A DNA stretch of 64,000 nt from Catajapyx aquilonaris (taxonomy: Eukaryota): contig KZ538178.1 in the NCBI GenBank assembly GCA_000934665.2, positions 1 through 64,000 on the forward strand, in the 5' to 3' direction. Of the stretch, positions 29,001-40,948 are shown one piece after another. The position numbers and the translations under genes are program-made. How positions within the stretch are numbered: the first letter of the stretch is position 1; each line of letters begins with the position of its first letter. The notes under the pieces were generated by a model. It searched no databases and was not told where the DNA came from. It was given only the letters and a program-made list of their open reading frames with translations.

Positions 29001-32000
29001 ATTTCCTGGACTTTGTAGCGACTCATAATAATTTTTAGTGCAAGTTGTCCCTAACAATACTTCATTGGATGAAAAAGTGAAACAGTTTCACGCCTAATTA
29101 GATCCCCAGAAGAGGAATCGAGATTGGAATCTCCCGGTTGTAAAACTTGAATATATGTATTTTTTGACAATAATTATTGAAAATGCTCATTTTCGAGATG
29201 ATTATTCACTAATATTTAGTTAATATTGTTTGAAATACATGCGACCATCCTGCTCTGTTTGCACAATGTTGCAACCCTTAAATTGAGGCAATGCAATCAC
29301 ATCAATAATTTTAGTAGACACTTTCCACCCTTCCAAAATTGCTCATCTTCTATCATTTCCGTACAAAACCCCGACTATTTTTTTAAAATGCTCCTATCGT
29401 CTCCTGTGGCCACAAGATTTTAAAATACATTATTTTTTAAAAATCTCTCAGACGGGGATCTCAGTAGGCAACCCTGACATGATTTTCATTTTTTCATCAG
29501 ATATCATCAGGAACATCCTCACTAAAAACTATCGCCAAGTAGATCCGACAATTATTATCCAGGAAGGATTCTTTTAATTGATCGCACCCAATCCGAATCT
29601 TACCCAGGTGGGCAGTTTGCGCTGTACAGCAATCGGAAATAACATTCAAACATATGCAGCTAACACAATCGGACAAGTCCTACATGCAATTGCTCAATAG
29701 CAAGAAATAGCGTCCGTATTAGTGCACTGGAACAATACAGCCAAAGACCTTCAATATTCGTAAGTTGGTATTGGCATTCCCAGGTGGCGACATTTATTTA
29801 CCGAGGATTCGATCAAGGAAATCTATATTGTTTGTAAGGTAAAAATAAATCCATCCTTCCGATCCGTTCGATTGGAGCAACACACTTGCTACAGCTCGCG
29901 ATTGTTGCTCCTCTTCCAGTGTTTGTCGAGGTCAGCAATCCCCCCTCCCCAATACCATGCTCTTGGGCCATCATAACACCACCCCCTAGGTGCAACAACT
30001 GCGTCTCCTGGCCATTACTGTGTGCACTTTGAACCCTCCTCGTAATCCAGCCCCCCCAGCAAGTTGATGAGGCTGGCAAGCTGTGCGGAAGTCGTACAAG
30101 AGACCTTGCTCGATCCGATTATTATCAAGTGCTAATACTGCTATCAATGTGCGGCAATCGCACTTGTCCTGCACCTGCGTTATTGTGGAGCAGTTCCATC
30201 CAGAGCAATATGCTGGCTGAGTGGCAATGCTGTTGGGAGGGAGGGTGTAGTGCGCAAGTGTGTGGCACCATGTTGCACTGCCCCCATCCAGGCAAGGCAG
30301 GCCAGGCAGCCAGACCCCCCCCAGCAGCTAGCGCGGTTCGTTCCCCCCTACAACCCACCCAGGACGACTATCGATTGCCTCCCAACACACACACATACAC
30401 TGGAGAGAGAGAGAGAGGGAGCCCCTGCTTTGCTACTTCAAAGCTCAACAACCCCCAACCCACACACCCTATCCCTATATACACCCTTCCCGTCCGGCTC
30501 CCTCATTGCACATCTACTGTACTACATGCCATGCCATGTCTTTCCCTCCGACATCAGTGCCACACAACCGGCCTAATTGAACTGTCACGAGTCTCAAGGA
30601 ATTACACTCGCCTCCTAGTACGCGGGGGGGAGGGGGGGGGATTTGTAGAGAGGGTCAAAGGTCGCTTCCCTCTCACGTCACCCTGCCAAAGGAGTCCAGC
30701 ACTAGGCGGAACACGGGCAATTTAATCTCAGCGCACACATTAATACACACACGCTCCTTATCCCGTCGACTTGGTTGTTTACTGGCCACAGGGCCTTGAA
30801 CCGATGCACCACTAAGCACACCTTATCTCAATCGCTCTATTATTCGTGCAACTCGATACACCCACGCAAACACACACACACACTCTCTCTCTCTTCCTGG
30901 TCGACCCTTCTCGCTCAGACCTGGCCGTACATATTACCACCATCATCATTGGAACATTATTAGTCCGACTCTTGGGCTCATTCCTGAGCTTATTACTAGG
31001 CCACCACGACTTCTGATAATTTGCAATATATTGCTGCTGCGTGTTACGGAAACTTGTTCAGAGCTGGGGAGGAATCCGGAACCTATGAAGACTGGGTTTC
31101 CCTAGTTATTGCCATTATCACCAGTTTCATCACTATTATCGCAGCTGCGAGTGGCCATTTCGTCCTTCCGTTCGATTTATAAATACCAGTCCTCTTGCAC
31201 CTATCATCACCCAGTGACCATTGTAAATCAGCAATAGAGATTGCGAGATAAATCAGATTAATGGAATCAAGTTGACACGAGTAATCAGTAGGTCAGAAAA
31301 TTCCGCCCTTATCGGATTCGGCCCATGGAGAACAAAGGTTTTGTCGCTTTTACGAATGTAACTTTCTCAGGCAAACAGTCGTCATGAACGGGCCATCAAC
31401 AGTGGCACAGACATACGCTCGAACAAGTCCCCCTTTAAAGCATGTAACAACAATGATGCAGTGCGATAACTAATGATTTCTGCTTTGGATCACTCTCTCA
31501 CAACATGTGGCATAATGGAAATCAAAAGGAAATCTTGGGAGCCATCTCCTGAATGTTACGTATTTGCAGCCGTATACGGAAAGGCGTGCCGACAATGGAT
31601 TGCGTAACGCTAACCGTATGTAATGGATCGCGCAGAGGGGCGCCGGCAATCAGCGTCGTTGGGTCGGAGCATTTCAATGGTGCATTCTTCTGATATCAGT
31701 AGTGGTAGTAGTGCTAGAAGACAGCGTGAATTCCCGCATGCAGCCAGTAGATCTGACACCAGAAATGTTGACGCAATAGCCCCCCTTTTTATGTATCACT
31801 TAAGTCATATTGCTGTTGTGTCTTCCTCGAGACGGCCCTGATCCTTCTTTGCCCTCCCAACATCTTTTATTAGGTTGTCTCCGATGTCCAGCATGGTCTT
31901 ATCTGCAGCAAGCCCACTCCGCACACGCTCCTCTCGACCCTTCCCACGTTTGACTGGGTCATATACCGATAAAGATGGACAAAGCAGGAATTGTTCAGAC

Positions 32001-35000
32001 TGGGCCCGGCTGCCTGGCAGACGGTCAGTCAGTCAGCCAGTCCGTCGCCCACCAAGCCTAAGGGCAAGGCAGGCTTCCTTGGCTAACCAAAATCCTACGG
32101 TGAATTCCTCCTCCCCCAGACCCCGTGCCCTACTTTAACAACAGAAAGAAAAAAGCAACAACAAAAATGTCGAGTCGAGGTGTGATGACACAAGCCCTGC
32201 CCCCTGAAGACTCGACAATGTCAGCTACCGTTGAAGGGAGGGATGGAGGTCAAGGCCAGCATGTGTGGTCTCAGGTGGGTGGGGCGGTCAGCATCGCACA
32301 CCTCACCGGCCATTTGAATAAAACCCTATACGCGCCACTCGCAGCTCGAAGGGATCCGTCCCACTGACTGACTGACTGACTCTTTAAAGGTAATCCTCTT
32401 GTTTCCAACATGTCTCCAGGGATGACCCCCATGGAAACCCGCGACGCCATCACAAAGCTCCATTCCCCCGCTACGGGCACACAAAAACTGGTTTCAGACG
32501 AAACAATACTGAACATTCCAGAGCTATGTGGCTCACTCTGGGCGTGCACAAGGACTGCCGGACGGATAAATTCCAGAGGAGAGTTACATCATCAGATACT
32601 TCTGGTGCCTTATTGGGAAATGAACTACACATACAATGTGTGGAGTTGACGCGGAAAATGCGATATAAAGTGGTGAGGGGCAAGTTAAATGTATACAGTA
32701 TGGAGTTTGTCCACATACGTTATAACAGCAAACTCCAAAGTGAATCTTTACTCATATACAGCCGGCACATCAGATAAACCATCGGAAGCAGCAACGTTTT
32801 CCTTCCACACCCGATTCGTACCGCGGTTTTTAACTAGTTTAGATCCTCTTCTCTAAGATAATGTGGCTGAATTTCCAAGGCAGGCATACGGAGTTCATAA
32901 CATAATCGAATTCTGGAATGTACTGATGGAATGAACCACGTACCGGCTATGCCTAAATCAATGTTGCTGGGAGATGATCAATAAGTACAATTCATAGCAA
33001 ATTAAAGGCCCACAACTGAGATCGCCACGTGGAAGTACGAGCGTATATATACGGTGTAATCAATTTCTCCGCGTTCTCTCGAGACATCTGCACATCGCCC
33101 ACCTGAAAGCAAGTAGCGCAATCGGGGAACACAACGGATATTATACCAGGGCTATACAGCCAATTGTGCAGAATATCTCGAGATTTTCCTAATGTGAAAT
33201 TTGCGGATGAGTCACGTCTGTGTACGGCACCCGCCCCTGGAGCCAGCACGTGGCCGGTCCGCCCCCACCCGCCCCTTCCCTCCATTACTACAACACACTG
33301 TCTGGCACACATGTGCTTCGGGAGAGGCACCCACCCGCCCCTGTTGCCAACTGCCCCTGCCCGCCCAATGTCCCTGCCCATGTACGTGGCAACACTGGCC
33401 TCAGGGTCGAGCCCTCCCCAGCAGTCGCTTGAATCCTTCCTTCGCGTGCCACACACGCCACACAATCATATCACTATAGTTGTTGTAGTACCCTACACAC
33501 CCCCCTCCCAGCCCCTCGTCGACGTCACCCCAGGCCTCTGGAGAGGGGATGAGGCGGGTTCAAGAGTATATAGGAAAAGGGGGGTATGGCAGTCGTACTA
33601 AGGCCGACAGAGGGAGAGTGAAAGAGGGGGGGTTACATGCCTGCCTGCCGCTGCGCTTTCCGATTGGGGACGGACGGGGAGGGAGAGGTGAAGGCCCTGT
33701 TTACAAACACCACCACGTGACCTACGTTCATCACGTGACCACACATATTGGCGGACCAGACAAGGACAAACATTATTACCCTGTCACTGGACACCACCTG
33801 CTCAGGGCACGGGCTCATTTTAAATCAAAACGCCAGCAGAGAGGAAGGAAATAAATTGGCCCATACCCTGATCATGCACTGAAAATGAGCACTGCAAGCA
33901 TGCTGAATGCACTACCCCCCTCACACACGTCCTGAACAATGGCAGGGCACTATTGCACCTCAACGTAGGTGCACTTGTCACAAAACAGGTGCAGGCTTTT
34001 AAAATAAAAAAAGAGACCAAGCAAGCCAACTTGTTCTACACGTGGAATGCGAAAGCGTGTACTCACCACATGAAGCTGTAGATCTCCGAGACGGGTAGGC
34101 TCCCCGTCTTGCTGTTCTTGAGCGCCATTGCAATCAGGCACGAGTAGGAGTACGCAGGCTTCGGGTACGACCTGACCTCACCGTCCTTCCCACCTAGTCC
34201 ATTCAGGTCTATACACGATCCATTCGCACCAACCAAACCACTGTTGCTGCCACCGTTAGCCATGGATAGAGTGGAGGTAGACATGCTGCCGCCACTGCTG
34301 CTGGCCACCATGGCGGCTGTGAGGCAGTTGGCCGGCGCTGTGGACGCACTCACTGTCACCAGCTCCTGCTTGATCTTGCGGCTCTGCTGCTGCGTCTGGA
34401 ACACTCGTGCAAAGTTGGTCTGCGCTGTGGCTGGCACTGTCTTCAGGGTCAGTCTGGTTGCTGTTGGAATGGACCCCAGCCCATTTGACGCCTTGGCTAT
34501 CAGAGCAACAGTTGTCGGGGTGAAGGACACTTCACGGTGGTTGGCCAGCAGGGTCACCACATCGCCCTTCAACCCTCTGCTCCCAGTCACCGTCGTGGTT
34601 GTCATGGAGGTTTCTGTGGTGCTGTTTGTGAGCTTGGATGGCTGGCTGGCTGGCACCAGAGCGACTGGCATGATTTGCGAGGGGTCCACCATGACTCCAG
34701 GTGCCATGTCAAAGTCCATGAAGGAATTCGATGCATGACCATTACACGTGGAATTGCTCAATGGTGCTCCCGAGTTCAGCCAGAGGCCCAGATCCCCCGA
34801 TGGATCGTCATCACCACTTCCCATGACATCCAAACCGTTGGTGCCCTCCAGAGGGTCGAGGGAGTCCAGGTCAAATCCAGGCAGGTTGTGCTCCATGCCC
34901 AGATCCATTGTCAGGTCGCCAGAGGCCAAGACATGCTCAATTTCACTCTTCATGTCGCAGTCCAGCATATCCTGAATGGAGAATGGCAGCGAGTCCTGTC

Positions 35001-35019
35001 CCGGAACGTAAAGATCCAT
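26083..35019 (-). CDS. FoxN1/4: Forkhead box N1/4 (jumeau-like) transcription factor; exons 34067-35019, 27339-27571, 26517-27013, 26083-26355 (~651 aa)
   Basis: The forkhead domain [65 protein letters not shown]...RKGCLW is typical of FoxN1/4 and is split by a 6.5 kb phase-2 intron. Phases are consistent (1956 nt). The start ATG at 35019 is inferred. Confidence 0.93.
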
Positions 35020-35749
35020 CGCCTCGCCAGGTGGAGTTGCAGGGCAAATGGATTGAGGGAAGTGCACGCCAAGTGCTATCCACTGCACATCAGGGGCACG
35101 GTCAAATCACGGCTGAAAGCAGAAACCAAAATGCTGTTAGTTCAATGCAACAAGTTTCATTTTACTTGAAACATGCATCAAAATGTGACAATCTTGATCA
35201 CGCAAGTCAAATGCGATATAATAAATGTTTAAAATTGGGTTCATGCAGTGTTTACAAGCTACCACTGCAATGAAGAATGGCATGAATTAACACTTTTCCC
35301 TGTGAACAATAACACATACTATCTGCCAAATATTATTGCTGACAAACATCATTTCCTGCTGCTCATTCCTCACACAGAAAGTGAGGAATGTGCCAGGCAG
35401 TGACAGTCACATGATGCACTAAACAACATTTCTTGTACATATTCGGCCAAGAGCAACAAGAACGACACGCTTAGGATCAGAAAAACACAGTTGAGAGGCT
35501 TAAATGCCCCACAAATTCCACCTCTTGTTGGCAGTTATATTTTTCAACGTGTTATTATGATGAAATGGTTATTTCCAACACTGCCATCAAGATGATTTGA
35601 AAATATCGCACAATTACGTATGACCCCACTGCCAAATTATCTGCTGCATTATTGTTATGATTACTAATATTGTTAGTCCCATTCCACTTGGCTGGTTTGT
35701 CAAATGCACCCCCAGTTTAATGTGGGAAGTAGTGAACCCCTATGGATTT

Positions 35750-37450
35750 CCATAAATTCCGGGTTCTCGCCTGATATTTCGTTCCCTGGTATCCGTTGGC
35801 CCCGGGTGTGACCCGCCCGCCCCGGTTGGAAAGAGCGGTGCAGACCCCATGTCGAGGGCAGCTCCCTCTATCGGGCCCCCCCCCTCCCAGAGGATCCGAA
35901 TCTCCCGCGCCCGCCTTTTCCTGGCGAGCCAATCATGGCCGCCCGGGAAAAGGAAACCTAGGCCTAGCTCGAGCACCACACCAAACCAAGCCTCCTTCGC
36001 GGCCCCTGCTCCCCGCCCCTGGGCCGCCCCTGCAGTCCTCGCCCCTCTCCGCCCTCCCGCTCCCTTCCCCGCCACCCGGCCCCGGGGCCGCCCCCCACCC
36101 CATCATCGCGGCCCCATCCCTTGCGCGCCAAAACCGCCCGGCCAACAAACCCGGTATCGATTTTCCCCGGCTCCTAATCCCGGACCCTCTGCCCTGCCCC
36201 GGGTAAAGCCCGCCTCACACCCGCACCATCACACTCACCTCCTTTGGGCACACCGCAGTTTTTTAAAACGCCCGGCGCACACACCGAACCGTCGTCGCAC
36301 AATTGTCTTTTTAAAAAATACAAAAAAAATGATTGCAAAAAAAAAAACAAAATATGTCCGTTGGGCACTGCACGATGGATCGTTCACCACGTCCACTGCG
36401 TGTGTCCTTCCGATGCGTTGGGTACACGGTGCAGGTCCTGGTACCGTCAGTGCCCGTCGCGTGTAGTACGTACCCCCTTAGTTGTGGTGCCTGTGCCTCG
36501 CTGCCTGCCCTCCCCTGCCCCAGCAGCACCACACCAGACCACACAAAGGCAACGGGCGAATTTGAAAACCGGGCCTCCCCATTGGCTAAGGACGGTCACG
36601 TGGGGATGGATCCGGACAGGGGATTGGCTCCCTGGCGGCCATCATGATTTTGCCCCCCCCCCCACCCAACTCCCCTTCCCCCCCCCCTCTTCCTCCACCG
36701 CCGTTTTCCACCCACCCACCCCCCTAGCCCCCCTCCTTGTCTATTCCGCCCGTTTTTAATACCCGCCAAAATCCCCCCCCATCGAACAATGCATTGGCCC
36801 CGGGGCCGCCCCTGCCCTGAGGGTGCCTCCCCAGGCCAACATGGGGTCAGGGGGGCCCCCGACAGGGGTTGGAAAACATGGTCGGCGGAACCCGCTTCCA
36901 ACATGGCGCCCTCTCCCTCCCGAGAGGGGGGAGACTGAAATTCGAACTGAAATTGCGCGCCGTCACCAAAGGGCGGGGTCGGAGCCGGGGCGGACCAGGG
37001 GCCACTCTTTTTTAAATATTTCATGTTAAAATGTGGGGTCGGAGCATGGGTTCGGCCCCTGGGGTTGCGACGAGGGATCCGCGGCGGAGGCGGGAAATGA
37101 GGAAACATGGCGCCCTCTTGTTCTTGGCGGGAGCAATGGAGGCGCCGGAGGGGGGCTGAACAAAACAATAATATTCCGGCGAGTACGGGCCTGGATCTTT
37201 GTTTTGGCCCAGGGAAATCGGGTGGTACGCGCATTTTTATGCGTAGCAGGCATGCGACATGTACAGTATGTAAGTACGCAATTTTCATGGCCATGCCATT
37301 TTCAGTCTTTTGTTCGATTTTCCAGGGGACTTTGACCGTTTGGAGGGAGGGGGGGGGATGGCCTATCCCCCTCCCCCATGTCCTTGGTGGAGGTTCGCAG
37401 GGGAGGCGGCAGGAGGCGCTGGTAGACACCCACAACCTGTGAGGTTCGGA
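35750..37450. promoter_or_regulatory. GC/CpG-rich divergent promoter region between FoxN1/4 and IRAK4/Tube
   Basis: Visibly GC- and CpG-rich. Contains CCAAT boxes (~35929, ~36581, ~36793), GGGCGG boxes and an identical 15-mer AACATGGCGCCCTCT at 36900 and 37104. A minus-strand AG|gtgagt donor at 36238 fits a non-coding FoxN first exon. Confidence 0.6.
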
Positions 37451-37540
37451 TCCATGCGGACAGGTGGCACCACTGGGTTGGCCGTGGGTGGGACGAGACA
37501 AGTGAGGAGCGGCGGCCGTCTAATATTTTGCTTCAGCAGC

Positions 37541-39243
37541 ATGTTGTTGTCCAAGGGCGAGGGTGGGGCCGTTCAGCCCGGGTGCGAAGTGCGGCACCTG
37601 CCACAGAGGGTGGTCAACCAGCTCTGTCGCATCCTGGACGTCGCCTCCTCCTGGAAGACACTCATGGGGGCAGTCACCGACCACGACAGGAGGATCAAGT
37701 ACACTTCCGATGATGTCCGGTAAATGTGGCCATCACTGCGGCATGGTCGCGTCAACTCGTATTTTGCTATCCTTCCCACAGGCTGGTGGAAGAGGCCAGT
37801 GTCCGCATGTCGAGATCACCCACGTCCATCTTCCTGAATGAGTGGGGCACCAGCGGACGCAAGCGTCCGACGGCCTCCACCCTGCTGTCCATCTTGTCTC
37901 AACTGGAGCTTTTCCGGGCATCAGACTACCTCTCTCAAGAGGTCCTGGGTCTGGGTCCTGCCCCAAGGCCTCTGACCGGTCCTTCCGCTCCTGTCGACAC
38001 TTCCATTGACCTAAGGATCATTGGTGATGGCAGTCCGTCCAGGGTTTCTTACGATTATCTCTGCACCTTGACAGATGACTTCTCAGATGTCCCTGTGAGG
38101 AAGGGTGGACGACTGCTGGGATCAGGAGCATTTGGCTCTGTCCATCTGGGAATACTGCCTTCCGGTGAGAGAGTGGCAGTCAAGAAGCTCTTTCAGACGG
38201 ATGCAAGTCAAGATAGGAACTTCCAAAGCGAGGTGGATGCTCTGTCCAGATTCCATCACGAAAACATTGTTCCACTTCTGGGCTACTCGGACAGTGGCAT
38301 CAACTGGTGCTTAGTGTATGCCTTCATGCCTGGTGGATCCCTCCAGGACCGGTTGTCATGTCTGGATGCCCTTCCACCTCTCACCTGGCGGCAGCGCATA
38401 CGAATTGCATCGGGGACTGCTAAAGGGTTGGCGCACCTCCACGTTGGAAGCCTTGTCCACCGAGATGTCAAAAGCGCCAACGTCCTTCTCAATGCGGATG
38501 GTGAGGCACACATTGGTGACTTTGGTCTAGCCAGGACAGGCCCCAGGGGTCAGTCAACAGCCACAGCACTGGCCTCAACCGTGTTTGGGACATCTGCTTA
38601 CATGGCCCCTGAGGCTTTCAGAGGGGATGTCTCCGCCAAGATGGATGTCTTCAGTTATGGAGTGGTCAGTAATCAAATGGCTAACACAACAAGAAAATGA
38701 CAGCACCTTACACTTTATTATTTTTCCCCAGGTTTTACTTGAGATTTTGACTGGCTTACTGCCGTATGATGAGAACAGAGACGGATGTGATTTGGTAAGT
38801 CCTCGCATGTAGAGGGACACCATTCATCAATTTTCCATCAGCCATGTTACCACCCACATCTTCAAGTGGTGTTGAAGAGATGCTGTCAGGTTAAGAGGCT
38901 TAAAATTGCATCATTCCAACTCCACTTGTGATGCAGGGAATGCCAAAGCTGGCAGCTCGGATGGATGGTGCACCAAACTGTTTGCATGCATTATTAGCAA
39001 AGTGAATGACTTTCTCACTTTCTGCAGGTGACCCACGTAGAGGAAGTCTGTCCAGATGGAGCAAGCATTGTCCCACTGCTGGACTCCAAGGCTGGCGACT
39101 GGCCTCAGGAAGCTTTCACAGTCTTGTTCTCCACCTCCCAGAAGTGTCTCGAGGAGAAGAAAACAAGGCCAACAATGGAGCAGGTTCTAGGAGACCTGGC
39201 AGCCCTGGACGACATTGTTCACCGCATGAGCAGCGTTGCCTGA
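37541..39243 (+). CDS. IRAK4: IRAK4/Tube-like death-domain Ser/Thr kinase; exons 37541-37719, 37782-38664, 38732-38794, 39028-39243 (446 aa)
   Basis: Has a Tube-type death domain (EWGTSGRKRPT...LELFRASDYL) and kinase motifs GSGAFGSV, VAVKK, gatekeeper Tyr (CLVY), HRDVKSAN, DFG and YMAPE. The RD catalytic loop favours IRAK4/Tube-like over Pelle. Splices in frame (1341 nt). Confidence 0.9.
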
Positions 39244-40948
39244 GCATATGCCCCAAGGAACACAAATCCTCCCATGGAGATCCACGTGACTCGAGGGACC
39301 ACCCCAGCAAACACCCTGGAAAAACATTTGTTATTGTACAGTCGAGTTAAATAATAATAATTAATTGGTTACCATACAATAGGCACAGTCTGATTTTTCA
39401 CTAATCACAAGGGCTGCTGTGGGAGGAAACCCACACAAATATGGAGAGAACCCAGTGAAACTCATTCCTGAGGAGAAATCTCTGTCAAACTCAGGATCCC
39501 AGAGGCGGAAGGCTGTGGCACTAAACAATACCCCTACACACAGTAATGAACGTCCTATGCATTTACCCTCTGAGTCCATCATTTTTGTACACTCGTTGCA
39601 ACACTGCTACCAGGTTTCCAGATGCATCTGGGGTTCCTTTTGCTGCCAGCATCGTCCTGGTCTTGGCCACGTCAATTGGAGTAGTTGCTCCTGCTGCAAC
39701 TGCACCTGAAATTGTTGGAAATTCTTAGCAACATGTGACATTACCACTGCCTGGTTCTTGTCCAGCCTCTCATAGCAGGATGAGGCCCCTGTACCTTTGA
39801 TGAGCAAACAGATCTGAGACTTGTTCAAATAGGGTTTTACTGCCCAATGTGTGTTAAGGGTGTGGAAAAAGATGGGGTTGCACTTGCTCTGTATTGACTG
39901 AAATTATGCATAGTGTATCATAGAGCATGGATAAAGTGCGTTTTGCATGGGGCTCATTACCAGCAATGGCCCCACAGATGGCTGACTTGAGCGGAGAGAT
40001 TGTGTCCCCTTCTCCTCCCCAAGTCCTCTTGAGTCCCTCCCAGAGCGGGAACTGTATGATGGAGAAAGGTAGTTCCCTGGCCATTGTTGTCCAGTAGCCC
40101 CTGTAGAGGCCCCTCCAGCCCTCCTGGGCCAAGATGGCTCTCAGAACCCTGTAGCTCTGCCAGCTTCCACCGGACGACATAACCTGAGTCTGGCGCCTCT
40201 GCTTCACCACCTCTGTTGGAACCCGCACTGTGCATGCTGCCTGCAAAGAGAAGGGTTGTACCCTGACTTGCTCTCATGAGAGGCAAGTGACCAGCATTAC
40301 CACTTCCCCGCAGGCAGCGGCCAGCATGTGAACAGCAGGTTGCTCCCACTGCTGCTGCGTTGCCAGCATCTGCTTGACCCCCTCGTAGGTGCAGAAGAAG
40401 AGGGCAGCTGATAGGTTAGAGAGAATTAATTAGCATTAGACGGAGCTGTGACATGGCAGGGCGCAGTAGCTACCGTTTGGTGCAGAGCCGAGAGCAGCAG
40501 GGCCGATCCCCTTGTAGAGGTGCCTGAATCCCCCTGCCCTCCAGAAGCCCTGCTGGCTCTGCAGGCGAGTCTTGACCGTGTCCAGGGGGAAGAGGGAGAC
40601 GTCCACCACCATCCCTGCAACGGCACCAGCCTTTTTGACAAGGAAAGAAAGCAGGCAATAAGTGCTTCGCAGCCTCGGAACATGAGCGTCCTGGCAGTGT
40701 GCATGCCGATGGACTGCAGGAAGTGTGTGAAGATCTGGTAGGCATGACGATTAGTGATGACTTGGTTGTAAGCAAGGTCGCAGTGAGAAGGACATGTGGT
40801 TGCTGAACAGAGAGAGTGTGTCCGTGTGTGTTGCGTTGGTGGTACCCACCATGAGTGGTGCTAGGATGGTGGGTCCTTCTTCCACATCATCGCAGTCCTC
40901 GCAGCCCTCCTCCTCCTCCTCCTCCTCATTGTAGTTGTGTTGGTCCAT
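39219..40948 (-). CDS. SLC25A26: Mitochondrial S-adenosylmethionine carrier; exons 40850-40948, 40474-40630, 40301-40407, 39961-40240, 39567-39705, 39219-39315 (292 aa)
   Basis: Three carrier signature motifs ([30 protein letters not shown]), the SAM-carrier-like [18 protein letters not shown], and a terminal [23 protein letters not shown]. Six GT-AG-bounded exons join in frame (879 nt). Confidence 0.92.
39418..39537 (-). mobile_element. Degenerate tRNA-derived SINE (V-SINE-like) in SLC25A26 intron 5
   Basis: Plus strand reads TGTGGGAGGAAACCCACACAAATATGGAGAGAAC...AAACTC followed by a decayed reverse tRNA-like head. Related to the fragment at 61596. Family assignment is from recalled consensus. 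Confidence 0.5.

Noticed and set aside
35740..37501. Long Pro/Gly/Arg-rich ORFs (up to 301 aa)
   Set aside because: Expected in GC-rich promoter DNA with few stop codons; no recognisable protein features.
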